Notes: generated by a model from the sequence alone, not told the origin. DNA of 63,936 nucleotides, filler included, from Vannella sp. (GCA_023345925.1; 6 parts of 6 records of this genome joined end to end with filler, not necessarily neighbours in it), one strand, 5' to 3'. Shown: positions 22,601 to 34,885, numbered from the whole stretch's first letter. Translations and numbers: made by a program.

Positions 22601-23098
22601 ATGAGTCGAGCGGGCCCTTCCCTTCACAAGTCTGACCCGGTCTTGAGGGATAACGCTTTGGTGGAGATCGACCTTGAAGAGTGGGTGGGTGAGTCAGAGG
22701 GTGATTCTTATCCTTTGAAGGAAGATCCTCCGCTGTTTGTGGACTTGGCTTTTGAGGAGACCAGCTTGCAAGACTCTCCTCGGGGTCGCAGATGTCCAGA
22801 TCGGACGCCTCACACGTTGACTTGCCCTTTCTGCCACCGATCGTTTGAGAGGATGGTTCAGGAGCACTCGCAATCGCTCTATTACTTCTGGTGGACCATT
22901 CTCATCCTTCTGGCCATCCTGATCTTGGCTATTGGCATCGTTGTCTTTGTATTTACGTTCATCCCTCTTTTCATCTTCTTCTTTGTCCCTCTGGCAGCCG
23001 GTCCTCCCCTTCTGATGGGCCACTCTACTCGATGCCCATCATGCGGGCGTGAAGTCACTATCTATCGCCACCAGTCTGGTCACGTGCAGGTTATCTGA
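22601..23098 (+). CDS. LITAF-like zinc-ribbon membrane protein
   Basis: CPFC, then a long hydrophobic stretch, then H..RCPSC. Confidence 0.7.
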   Translation: MSRAGPSLHKSDPVLRDNALVEIDLEEWVGESEGDSYPLKEDPPLFVDLAFEETSLQDSPRGRRCPDRTPHTLTCPFCHRSFERMVQEHSQSLYYFWWTILILLAILILAIGIVVFVFTFIPLFIFFFVPLAAGPPLLMGHSTRCPSCGREVTIYRHQSGHVQVI

Positions 23099-23283
23099 CA
23101 AATGTACTATTTTAAGACCTCTCAAATGAGTTGGGAACGTCCGAACCGCGACAAGGAAGGAGGAGTGGACAACCTTGAATCAATCTGCAGAAGAGTGTTG
23201 CTCGATGACTCGACAAGAAGTCTTGATTACTCTAAATTTGGGATGCTATAATAGATGTAGGGAGAGGAATACTCATCTGTGGC

Positions 23284-24024
23284 TCATTGAGGCGAGGTTC
23301 TTCTCTTTGCCTTCTTTTTTGGAGGTTCCGATTTGTTCTGTTCATCTGGTCGTTCACGCTTTGCCACTTTTTGCTCCTTTTTCTCCTGTTTCTTTTGGAG
23401 CTTTCTCTTGTCTTTCTCTCGGCGATAGTTCATCCTCCTACCACAGTTCTGACAGGCAGACACTTTGACGAGCTCATTTTTGCTCTGACCGTCTTCTTGA
23501 TACTTAAAGTCCAACTCCAGAGTCACCAAATCATCTTCCTGAGAGCAATCAAGGGCACCACAAATAAATTGGCCTTTGCCTGAGATCAGTTGTGCATCTG
23601 TCCGCCACATCAAGCCTATTTGCCCCGTCTTGTAGCGAGACAGGTCGATCAAAGCAAACTCTTTGTGGAGCTTTCGGTAGTAGGCCAGAGCGACTTCTGC
23701 GTTGTAACGCTGTCGGCGATCTTCGCATTGCAGTAAGATTGTTTCGTCGTCAAACTCGTCTCGAATGAATTGGAAGGTTCTTTGGAGGATTGCGTAGTCA
23801 TTCTCTCCAGGAGGTGCAGAATGGCTACCTCCACTGCCGTAAAAGTGCAGAAAGTCGTGGATGTATCTCTTGTGGCGATCGAACTCAGAGACAAAGCCAT
23901 CGTATGCCGTCTTTGTAGCCCTGTTGAACTTCAATGAAAGGTCGTGGGTCGTTTCAGTCGGAAGGGAGACGTTGCGAGAAGGAGGTGGATCCCGTACAAG
24001 CGACACAAACAGAGAATCTCCCAT
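23284..24024 (-). CDS. FRA10AC1: FRA10AC1 homologue
   Basis: YYRKLHKEFALIDLSRYKTGQIGLMWRT...GKGQFICG...ELDFKYQE...LVKVSAC..C, with a Lys-rich tail. Likely ATG 24024. Confidence 0.9.
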   Translation of the reverse strand: MGDSLFVSLVRDPPPSRNVSLPTETTHDLSLKFNRATKTAYDGFVSEFDRHKRYIHDFLHFYGSGGSHSAPPGENDYAILQRTFQFIRDEFDDETILLQCEDRRQRYNAEVALAYYRKLHKEFALIDLSRYKTGQIGLMWRTDAQLISGKGQFICGALDCSQEDDLVTLELDFKYQEDGQSKNELVKVSACQNCGRRMNYRREKDKRKLQKKQEKKEQKVAKRERPDEQNKSEPPKKKAKRRTSPQ

Positions 24025-24158
24025 CAGAAAATGATTGGACCAAATCAGAGCAACACCCATCAAGGAAACCAAAAAGGCAAGATAGTGCTGAAGACCAAAA
24101 AACGACATCACATATAAGCTTTAAATTTGTATCAAATTTATGCAACTTTTCGCTATAA

Positions 24159-24276
24159 GATGACGTAGCGAAGTGGTCAAACGCGCCACGTTAAGGGTGG
24201 ACCTGAAATTCCAAGAATTCCCAAACAGGTTAGGGGCTGTCCCCTCACCCTCACCACTCTGGCGCTTCTTCGGATG
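24159..24276 (+). tRNA. tRNA-Leu(AAG)-like gene with a ~60-nt insertion after position 37, truncated by the contig end
   Basis: GATGACG-TA-GCG-AAGTGGTCAAA-CGC-G-CCACG-TT-AAG-G: perfect A box TAGCGAAGTGG, D stem, U33, purine 37. A Leu-type variable-arm sequence TCTTCGGATG lies at 24267-24276. The T arm and 3' acceptor strand are not visible. Confidence 0.5.
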
Positions 24277-24376
24277 NNNNNNNNNNNNNNNNNNNNNNNN
24301 NNNNNNNNNNNNNNNNNNNNTTAATTAATTAANNNNNNNNNNNNNNNNNNNNNNNNNNNNNNNNNNNNNNNNNNNN
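24277..24376. other. Artificial contig linker
   Basis: N/TTAATTAATTAA/N. Confidence 0.98.
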
Positions 24377-26390
24377 GAACACCTTTCCGAAGCTCCAGCG
24401 AGCACCAGAGATCAAGGCGCTGCAAACAATGTTCTCTGACAGCGGGTTGAACGCGCGGGTTGGCTTTAACTTGGGTTCCTTGGATATCTCCTTCACTTTG
24501 ACACTTCCTACTAAGCATTCACACCCACTTGATGTGTTGTCTGCCCTCTATGAGACTCATCCACATGCCCAAGTGGTGTGGACGATGTTGGCGATCTGCC
24601 CCTTCCAAGTGTCCCCGATTAGGACCTCTTCTGGCTTCAGTAGACCTTGCCAAGATGCCAACACATGCCTTCGCTTGTTTACAACACAGAGCTCTGTGGC
24701 TATCTGCGGGCGTGAGTTCGATATGGAGAGAGGCTACCTCCGCATCGTTGTGTGTCCCGTTGAGGACACTTGGGACCCAGCCACAGGGCGCGAACAGTTC
24801 CAATACTCGCCTATGTATCACTGTATCTCAGGTTTTGACTCTACTCTGGGCTTCTTCTCCCAGGGAACGATGGAACTCCAACGGGAGCAGTTGATGGAAG
24901 CAATGCTCGACTTTTTCTGGCAGAATATGGAGCTGGTGCAGCACTACATCGCTGTAGAGAGTCTACACATACCATTGAGCTATTCACTTCATCAGTTCTT
25001 TACTTCCGGCATCCATGGACAGTCTTCCACGTTCCTGCCGGACTTTTCCAATCCTTTCAGTTTCTATTTGTTCGGAACTGCGGGCATTGGTAAGTCTGCC
25101 TTTGTGAAGGCATTCTCAGCTGCGTTACAGGCAACTCTTCGTTACTATGTGGATGGGGACAAAGTGGTCCAAGTGGTCAAATTACCTTTGAATGCGTTTA
25201 CAGCAGGGAACCTTCGGGGCATTCTTCGAGTGAAAGGCATTTCGGATATGTCCATTGAGCGCATCATTGAACAGACTCTCTGCAAGGGTGGAGTAGTGAT
25301 CTTCCATTTGGAAGAGAATCCAGCGGACCCGGAGTTGCAAGAGAAACTGTATTTACAGACTATGGCAATGCTCAGTCATTTGGTGGCGCGCTATCCAGAG
25401 TATCGCGCCAACATTCTCACTGTTATAACCAGTAACTATCACCCCATTCCCGTTATAATGGATGCGTCAGCTATGCTGATAATGAGTGCCCCATCGCCTG
25501 ACCAGCAATTCCGTTGGTGCCAACTGAAGATGGATCAGGCACTGCATTCTATGACTTCTCTCTCCATTGAGATTGACATTCAAGTGCGCCCTCCACCTGT
25601 CCACGATCTTCGTCCCTTGGAGCAATGGTGGAGGAGTCTTGCATTCACAATCGGTTCCTATCTCGAGAGACACGAGTCCCACGATGCTCTCCGGGTCTCA
25701 GTGACCGGAGAGACTGGGCGCTACTTTATTTCAGTTCCGGGACAGCCAAGCTGGGAGCCAGAAGAGTTGTGTTCCCACAATTCATTCTTTTATTATCCGG
25801 CCAACGCTATTCAGAGCAACTCACCTCTCGATACTCACGAGCTTTCCAGCAGCAGTCCAATTATCACATCTTTAATCAACATGGGAGAGCGTGAATTCCT
25901 GCAGCCCGTCGTCATCATCCTCCAAGGCACTTTGGAATCTCGCCTTCGCTGGTGCCAATCCATTGATGATTACATGACCCTCCGCTTTGGAGAGCGTTTG
26001 CACAAAGAAAGGCTCGAACTGTTCACAGAAGAGGATAAGGTGAAAGTGTTTGGCGAGCCATCTGAGATCCTCGGTGGGCTTTTCCGTTTCATTGATCGTA
26101 TTAACAACCCTAACGCCTGCAACGGCGCTACAAACCGATTCGGCCTCATCCAAGCCCATGTGAACGAAACTGGACAATTCATTCTCCGAGAGCTCCTGGA
26201 ACCAGCCCAAAGCAACACCCATCGGCAGGTAAGAAAGTCATCTTTTCACTGCTTCTGCCCTCCTCCATGAATGACCATTCCCTGGTAGAGAGCGAAGAAG
26301 GAACGGCTCTTGTTCGTCCTCTCTCTAGAGTTTGAATGTGAATTGACCCCTCAAGTCCACTCACGTTCTCACTTTATCGTTTGCGAGTGA
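24377..26390 (+). CDS. Uncharacterised P-loop protein with a Lon-like AAA+ module and a second degenerate AAA-like module (5' partial)
   Basis: Walker A YLFGTAGIGKS, Walker B-like VIFHLEE, sensor-1 VITSN, sensor-2-like DLRPLEQ. An intron starting at 26229 adds RAKKERLLFVL...PQVHSR...*. Confidence 0.6.
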
Positions 26391-26436
26391 AAAGGTTGGA
26401 AATGAATGCAAATGAATGCCGTTCTCGAGGTTGGAG

Positions 26437-29400
26437 TTAGACCAAAAGGGATTCCAGAGACTTTTCTACAAAGCAGTGTTGCAGGAGGACTTGCATGACC
26501 TTCCTAGTTTCCGCCGCTTCAAGCCACGGGTCCTTGAGGAGCTCAGCGGCGGTGGCACGCTTTGCGGGATCAATCACGAAGAGGCGCTTCAGGAAGCTAG
26601 TGAATTCGTTCGACCATTTTCTTCCTTCAGCTAACGTGGGGATCTCCCCAATGGCCACTTTGAACATGGCTTTGAGTGCAGACTCGCTGTTGGGCGGGAC
26701 ACTCTGCGCCATCTCCATGCAAATGATGCCCAAACTCCAGATATCTCCCTGTTCCTTGTTAGATTATGTCGCTGCAAGGGAAGGAGAACTAACGGCTTGT
26801 CCGTGGGGTTGGCCATCCATCATCTCGGGAGGCATCCAGAAGGGAGACCCAACCATTCCCTTCTTCTTGGCAGGACTAACACAACAAAGACCAAAGTCGA
26901 CTAGAAGCAAAGTGAGTTAGAGTGAGGTGGTTCCTGGCAATCAAATCGGGATAAACGCACTCAAATAGACTCCTCCACTAATGTCGAGCATCACATTGGC
27001 ACTCTTGAGGTCGCGGTGAACGTATCCCTGCTTATGGACGTAGTCAATGCCCTCTAACATCTTCAGGACCAAGTAAGCCATGTGCCCTTCCTCCAAGCGG
27101 TTGCGTTTGCAAACTTCTGAGAGAGTTCCTCCGGCCAGGAACTCCATAATGATCCAGAGTTCATCGCGATAGCGATAAGAGGAGTCGTAGGGTACAATGC
27201 AAGGATGGTCCAACTTGTCCAGGAAGTAGATTTCGTCCAAGTTGGACCATTGCTCCTTATCTGTCAAGTGAGAGATCTTTTTGATGGCAATTTCTCGGCG
27301 GTTGCCAACACGACGGCCCTGGAAGACGGTGCCGAATCCTCCTCGCCCAATCTGCTCTTTGTTCATTGTAAAGAGCTTCAGAGGATTGCCAGGGTCCACC
27401 AATTTGGCATAAGCCTCCTCAAGGGACCAACCATGGTCTACACGGCTGAATGCCTTCTTTCTGCTGGCAGCCTTCTCCTCTTTAGTGAGCTTGTCTCCAT
27501 TTTCATCCTCTTCTTGGTCCTCTTCTTCTTCAGAAACCTCCTGATCTGTGAGAGGCTTCCCTTCCTTGTTCTTGCGATTGCGCCCATTCTTAAGCCTCTT
27601 TCGTGTGAGAAAACGCAGAGCCACCAAGAACTGCTCCCAATTGTCATTCACGAGGTCCAATTCGTCCAAAAGCCCAGACTTGGTCAGCAAGTTTGTGGCA
27701 TCGTCAGGGAGGTCCTCAACAGTGGACACGTAAATGGGGGCGTTCTCTTCTATCTCAAAGTCAGGGTCAGGGCGGCGGTTCTGCTCGCGATACTCCTCCA
27801 GTTTGGGAAGGATTTTAGCTGGCGCGGTGTCAAAACATCCCACTGGGTCCGCTCCAGCTTCCAGCAAGAGTCGGATGACAGCGTTATTGTCAAGGCGCAT
27901 AGCGTACTGCAAAGGAGTCTCTTTGGTTGTCCTACAAGCCGTGTGAGGGCAGCGTCCCGCGGAAGAGAGGATGCGTTTTACCTTGACTTGCGATGCGGGT
28001 CTCCCTCACTTTGAAGGAAGAACTCTACTGCTGTTGGGCAGCAAGCAGCAGCAGCCTCGTGCAAAGGAGTCACCCAATTGACATTCCGCTGGTTGACATC
28101 GGCTCCTCGGTCGAGAATTTTCTACAAATCAAAGGCTCAGTCCCTCCCTGGGATAGACGAGAAGTGACAAGCCTACCTTCAGTGTCAAGGTGTATCGAGA
28201 TACCAGCTTCGGGTCTTCCCCGGGCTCTAAACGGGCCAAGTAGTGCAAACAACTCATTCCCGAAGAAGTCAGAGCGTTCGGGTCCGCAGAGTCTTGCAAG
28301 AGACGCTTTGTCAAGCGCAAATGACCTCCAAACGAAGCGAAATGAAGAGCGGTCCAGCCGTGGCGGTCAGCAGTGGCCAGCAAGGTGCGGCGGTCCGCTT
28401 GAATGATCAATTCCACTGTTTCCATCAACCCCAGATAGCACGCATAGTGCAGAGCACAGCGACCTTCTGCGTCTGCCTCCTGTGCATAAGTGACAAGGTC
28501 CGTCTTGTGCACCTTCAAAGCCTCTTTCAGTTTGAACTTGTCCCGGCTGAACACGATTTGAGTGAGCTCCGGCATGTCTTCAGTTGCCTCCTTCTTGATG
28601 GGAGGAGCTTCTATCTCGGGGATGCCGTTTGAGAAGATAGCGTCCCCCTGCAGTCTGGGAGTTAGCGGGGCCATGGAGGTTGGGAAGGGCTCACCTCAAC
28701 ACCCTTTACAGCTCCAGAGCTTTGCCTGAGGGCCATAGCGCACATTTCCTTGCGTGTTACAATAGCATCCATCACTGCAGCAATCAGCTGGACCAAGGAG
28801 TGAGTCATCCTCCTGTAAATGGGAGAAGAAAGTCCTCTCACTCTTGGGTTGACATTCACTTCCTTCCCTGTCGCTTTGGAGCTCAAGGACAAGGTTGTCT
28901 CGCACACTCTACCAGTGTAGATTGATGTAAAGCTGACGCTGGGCACTTTCCGGCGCATGGAAGCAACAAACGCACCCAAACCCGACTTGGAGGCTGTGTA
29001 CATCGCCGCCCCACTCTCTCCAGGGCCATCTAACAGTTCTCATGAGAGAGAGGAATCGATAAACGAAGAAGCTTACCCGTTGGGCTCAAGAGGAGCGCCA
29101 CTTGGCCGTTGGTTTGCTCCAAAAGTGGCCGTGCTGCTAGCACAGCGAGCATTGGCCCAATCATGTTGGACTGAATGAGAAGACGAGAAGCTGCGAGGTC
29201 GGCTATGGGGCTGAACTGCTCTGAATGGAAGAAGGTGTCAAAGTAAAGCAGGCAGTTGAGTCCCTTTAGCTCGCTATCGGCCTTTTGGATCACTTTCCTT
29301 GATGTCTCTTGTAAGTAGAGTATAAGGAAGAGTGTGGGAGACCCAAAACATACTTCCACTCGCTGATTCGGGTGGTATTCTTGATGACGCTTCCCACTTG

Positions 29401-29691
29401 TTGGGAGCTCCCAGAGTGAGCAGAAGACTGCGCAGTGTCCACAAAGAACACGCTTGCCTTCTTCTTCTCCAACTCTGCTACCAGTTGCGTGCCCAACGGG
29501 CTGCCCGGACCCACCAAGAGAACGCGCAAAGTCCCGTCACCAAGAACAGTCTTCTTCGGCTCCGCCTTCTTCGCTGGGGCACTCTCCTTTGTTGACTTGG
29601 GCTTAGACGGCTTCTTAGGGACACGGGGCTTCTCAGAAGAGCCCTTAGCCTTGCTCTTGGAGCGACTGCGGGGACTAAAGATGTCCGCCAT
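26437..29691 (-). CDS. STE20/PAK-like kinase with N-terminal short-chain dehydrogenase (SDR)-like and ankyrin-repeat domains
   Basis: In-frame splicing joins VLLVGPGSPLG...QSNMIGP...YTASK (SDR), ALHYAC/GWTALHFAS/TPLHEA ankyrins, and the kinase GRGGFG, AIKK, HRDLKSAN, DFG, GSPFWMPPE. Confidence 0.8.
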
Positions 29692-29782
29692 TCCCCTCCG
29701 GACACGAAAAAGTGATGTTTTGGCCGTTGGGGCTCTGTTGGAGGGGACACGCGGGTGTGTGTTATTGTACAAGTGATGACGC

Positions 29783-32548
29783 TCACTCCTTGCTTCCTCC
29801 TAAGCCCGTGCGAAGACGGCGGAGGAAGCTGGGGGACTTGCGGGTGGTGTGGACGGTCATGTCGGCGAGGACTTCGAGGTTGCGCTCTTCCAGGTTCTTG
29901 ACGTTGATACACCAGAAGTTCTCAAAGTCTTCGTTCTCTCCGGGGGTGAACTCCTTCTGGCTTGCCTTGAAGATGGCGCCAAAGTCTTCTTCGATGAGAG
30001 GCCAATACTCCTCACGAGCTGCTCTTTAGTGAGTGTGGAGCATATGAGTGTGTAGCCCGACTTACCTTCAAAGTAACTTGTATCGTTCTGCTCCTTGACG
30101 CTGGGCTGGAAGGGAGGAGTGTCCCGAAGAAGGGACTCCCATTTGATTTCATCGAAGAACGGGTGCTCTTTTACCTCTGCCGCCCCTGTCTAGTCATCAG
30201 TACCTAGCTCTTGTATCAAGTAACTCGTTCACACGCACCGTTGGCCCCCAGACGCTGAGCTGGGTCGTGATGAAGAAGAGATTGGATGAGATCCTGTGCA
30301 GCCTCTGACATCTCGCCAGGCACTTCTGGCCATGAGATGTCCCCGCACACTATGTTCTCGAAGATCTCTGAGACAGTCTCACCCGAAAAGGGAGGAATGC
30401 CGGTGAGGAACTCGTACAAGAGCACTCCAATGGCCCACCAATCCACTGTAAAAGCTTGGCACCTCGTCAGAACACTATCCAAGAACAAGACATCATCTTA
30501 CAGTGCCCCAATCCAAGGAGGACTTCGGGTGCCAGGTAATCCGGAGTCCCAACAACTCCTTCCTCTTCCGGTTCCTCTTTGTTCTTTGTCTTTGGGTCGA
30601 GCAGGACGCTTGTTTGCTCTATCCTTCACTTAGACCAACACATGAGGTTACAGGAAGACGGGGAAACATACTGTTGAAGCCGGTTCGGGAAAGGCCAAAG
30701 TCAGTAAGTTTCATGTGGCCTTTGTTGTTGATTAACATGTTGTCAGGCTTCAAGTCACGATGGACAATCCCCCTCTCATGAAGATACTCCAATGCCAGCA
30801 CGCATTGAGCGATATAGAAGCGAGTAAAGTCCTCTTCGAAGCATTGCAGTCCATTCAAAAGTGAGAAAAAGTCGCCCCCGCTAAGGAACTCCATAGCTAG
30901 GAAGAGGTTATCGTCTGTTTGGAAAGAATAGTACAATCGCACTACAAAGGGACAGCTGGTAGTGGCCAAGATATTGCGTTCCACAAGAACATTCTCGACT
31001 TGGGTCTTTTCTGTGATGTCCTGCTTGTCCAAGACTTTGATGGCAAAGAAGTCATCACACGTGTGTCTCTTTGCCAAGTAGACACGAGCGAAGCCGCCCT
31101 TTGTAATGGGCTTGAGGATCTCGAAATCCTTAATTGTGGGAATGTGAGTGGTTAAAAGGGATCCCGCGGACTGCATGGCAGTCAACTCTTGTGTTCCCAT
31201 GAAGGTCTGCATCATGTTGGTGGCCCGGAGAATGTTTGACCAGGCATCCCGCTTGTAGGTCAACCAATCTCGCAAATCCTTCGCCAAAATGAGAGTGATG
31301 CGTTCTTGTGACGCGTTATCGATGAGTTTGTTGACCATCTGAAGCATGGCATCAAAGGTAGCATACGGGTTGCTCGTCACCTTCTCTGCTGAGCGCCTGG
31401 AGATGTCTTGAATCTGCTCTAACGCCAGAGTGACGGGACTGCGTTGCAGGGAACGCGCGTAGATCTTCTTCAAGTGTGTATCACACTCTAGAGATCGTAT
31501 TTCCCACTGTACTTTGATGCTACAGAGCTTACTGTGGCTTTGGAAGAGGTGTCCGGGCACATTCCGGTCACAAATACGACACATGATGGGCTGTGTGACG
31601 ATCCTCGGGTCTTCAGGAGCTAGTCGAGGGGTACTAGGGCTCTTTGACTCTCGAGGGGACACTGGCCGATGGTCTGTACCAGGCACGAGAAGTGAGGAGC
31701 CTTCTTTCCGTCGTGGAGACTCCAACAGCTCTTCTGGTTGAGTCTGAGCTGTTGTAAGTCTCAAATGACATCACGTAGCTACAGGCCAGACATACCGCGG
31801 GCTGATTCAGTTGAGCACGAAGTCCACTTGCCTCGGAAGAGCACGTTCCCCGACTGTTCTTGAGATCCTTGCGTCGATCGCCACTGATTAGTCTAGATCC
31901 TGTTTCTTTGGTTGCTGTGCTAGCAGTAGGCGCTTGGGTAGCATCAACCTGGAGAAAGATGAGCATCAAAGTGGTCTTGAGAGTGAGCAGACTCACCTTG
32001 TACTCCTCAAAGCGAGAACAACGAGATATGTTGAAGAGAAGCTTGACTGCAAGTGCTTTCTCCCTCTCTGTACAGTTGCGGAGGCTTCCGTTGATGGTTT
32101 TAATCGCCTTCCTACTTGCCCCTCCGCTGTTTCGTGTAGGTAAGCCTTCCATACCTCTCCAATAGCATCAAGATACGTACCAGATGTGACTCGCCTTCAG
32201 AGAAGCAAAGTGGCGAGCCAAACGGATCAGTTTCTCCATAGTTTCGCCCGAGAGAGGTCCAGCAGCCTCTGTCTCGGTGATGATCTGCCGGAGGCTCATA
32301 TCCACCTCGTTCTTGACGACCTTGAGGTCCATAAAGAAGTTGTCCACGCTCTTATTGCGCCTTCTACCCGCCCCGATGGCGTTCGAGCTCCGACTGGAAA
32401 CCATAGCAGCAGCCTGCGTGAAGGCCTGGCGCTTATCCACTGCCCCAGGTACAGGCGTTATACTGATCCCTCCCGCCGGACGGATCTTCCCCACAGGAGA
32501 AAGAGAGAACATCCGAGGAACCGTTGGAGGAGCGTTCCCCGTGGACAT
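29783..32548 (-). CDS. AGC kinase of the IRE/Rim15/Greatwall-MAST group
   Basis: N-terminal helix FFMDLKVVKNEVD, zinc motif CRIC...HSKLC, IKDFEILKPITKGGFARV, HRDLKPDN, LTDFGLS with insert, PGTRSPPWIG (read as the GTP-DY-like P+1 region), DWWAIG, AGC C-tail. Confidence 0.88.
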
Positions 32549-33134
32549 GTTCTCCTTCCCTCAATAGAATGAAGCAATCAACCAACCAATACACTGAATG
32601 AATGCAGCAGACCGTTAAAAGGGTTCCAAACCCTCTTATAGAGACTAAGACCCTTCCCCAGCCGACCCCAAAGCCGTCCAATGAGGTGCGAGGTCGGGCG
32701 TCGGCCGTACTCCCTTCTTCGAACACCGTTGGAGCCTTCTGGATGATTCTTGATCCCAGTGGTGGAAGATTGGTCTTGTCCACTTGGGTTGAGGATGGGG
32801 AAGTCAGCGAAGGTACAATGAAGTCTGAAGGGCAAAGCAGAGCAACTTTGGATCTGCAGGGCAGTCTCTGATGGAGAACTAGGCACAACTGGAGCTCCAC
32901 AGAGAGGACACTAAGCCCCTAAATGACCTTGTCTCAGCTTTTGAGTGCTCCGAGATCCAGGAGCTTGCTGTTGGAGTTCCTCTTCTCTGAGCGACTGATG
33001 GAATCCACAGGTAGCGATGGATTGTGGAGCATTCTGCTTTATTGCAGGCAAGACTTGAATAGATCAGAGTCTAAGCCGATACGGCCTGTTGTATGGCAAA
33101 GATCTTCCGGTTAATGACTGTGGAGTTTCGCACA

Positions 33135-34842
33135 CTAAGAGTGGACTGTGTCCCCGGTCTCGGAAGGGTCGGAACTCTGCCGTTGACCGGAATCACTGAG
33201 AACGAGTCCTTGGGACAGCATCCGTTGCTCCACCTCCCTGGCGCCTGGAATATCATTGGCACGAATGAAAGCGTCAATCAGGGAAGAATAAGTGCGTGCG
33301 TCAATGACGTCGTTGTGGCGTTCCATTTCTGCAAAAACCTGGCTCGCTTGGTTCTTGGCACCCCATTTGGAATAGTAATGGAGCATTGTCACCCGAGCAA
33401 ACACATTGGGATGCCTTATACTCATGTAAAGAGACGTCACTTTCTCCATAGACACGCCCTTCGAGATCATTCCCCGCAAAACAGTGTTTTGAAGAGACTG
33501 GAAATCTGCGTCTGGGTGGGCTGCTTGGAACTCTTCAATGAGCAGCCCCGCTTCGCGAAAGAGACCTTCTTCACACATAGCTGCGCAAAGTTTGGAGTAC
33601 AAGGGATAAGCTTCTCCGGAAGTGCATTGCACTGACGTTTCCATGTCTCTGAGGAAAGACCGGGCAACAAGAGATTCGCTACAGGAAATAGAGATCACAA
33701 TTAAGTCTCTGAATAACTCAAAGGTTAGTGGAAGCTCAGAGAGTCTCATCTCATCGATATATCTGCGCACAGTAAGAAAGTCGCGGCGCTGGGCAGAGGA
33801 AACCGCCAGAGCCCGAAGAGTCACTTCGTTTGGCCGGATTCCGTACTCTTTCATCTCTGAAAGTAGTCTTGTGATTTCAGATACGTCTCCGCTCCTCGAA
33901 AGACCGTGGAGAATAGTCGTATAAGTGATCACATTCGGGCTAGTCACTCCTTTCAACTCCTTCATCCTTTCTAAAACCAAAAGAGCCTCCTCCAGGCGAG
34001 CCTCTCTCACGTAACCAGCAATGAGTGTGTTGTGAAGAATGTTGTTCTCCAAGGAAGAAGAGAGTTCCAGGTCTCTGAGATACAAAGAGGCGGATGAGAA
34101 GTCCCTCACAGAAACGAATCCTCCGAGAATGGCCCGATGAGTGAAAGAGTTGGGAACTATCTTGTCCTCTTGCATCCTCTCTACCATCTCCCGGATACCA
34201 GCAATGTTCTTCCGGGAGCTAAACCCGTTAATCAGAGTCGAATAGATCGTATTACTCCGAAGTAGTCCACGGCGCCTCATCTCACTCAGCAGCTGCGTTG
34301 CCAAATCCATTGAACCTCCACTATCAATCACCCCTTTCATCAGAGTAGCGTAAGTCACTTGGTTTACGCGGACATTCCCCTCCTACACCGGTCAGAGGAG
34401 GCTCTGATCACGATCCAGGGGACCCATTCACTAACCAGCATCTCGTCTTTCGTTTTGAGAGCCTGTGCGAGCTTCCCTTCCTTGCAAAGGGCAGCTACAA
34501 GCATCGTATAAGCCTTGGTGTCCACAGGGACTGCTGTTTGCTTCATTCTCTCCACGAACTCGCGAATATGAGAGGATTGGGGGAAGAGCTTCATCAGGTG
34601 ATGGTACTGCGACGTGTTCACATCCTTTGGCTCAGCCTTTGAGATCATCCTGCTCCAGAGCATCAGAACTCGCGCCGATCTCTCCTCTCCCTCTCCCATC
34701 CTCACTCCAAAGCCTCCTTCGGCGAACACCGCTTTATGTTCGCCAAGAGAACATCCCTAGTATCACGTTCCAAAGGATCTCGGCCCCTTTTCCCTCGAAT
34801 AAAGCCTCCCCGAGCAAGTCCGCGCCCAAACCCGGCCCACAT
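33135..34842 (-). CDS. Pentatricopeptide repeat (PPR) protein, probably mitochondrial
   Basis: TYATLMKG, IYSTLING, HNTLIAGY, PNVITYTTILHG, TYSSLIDAF repeats. Arg/Gly-rich presequence MWAGFGRGLARGG. Two introns. Confidence 0.9.
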
Positions 34843-34885
34843 GGCGGAATCGGACACCAGGAAATGAGTTAATTTAATGAATTGA

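Noticed and set aside
27205..28014. Long antisense ORFs (e.g. 269 aa here, 211 aa at 5106-5741)
   Set aside because: They are shadows of real genes on the opposite strand and have no motifs of their own.
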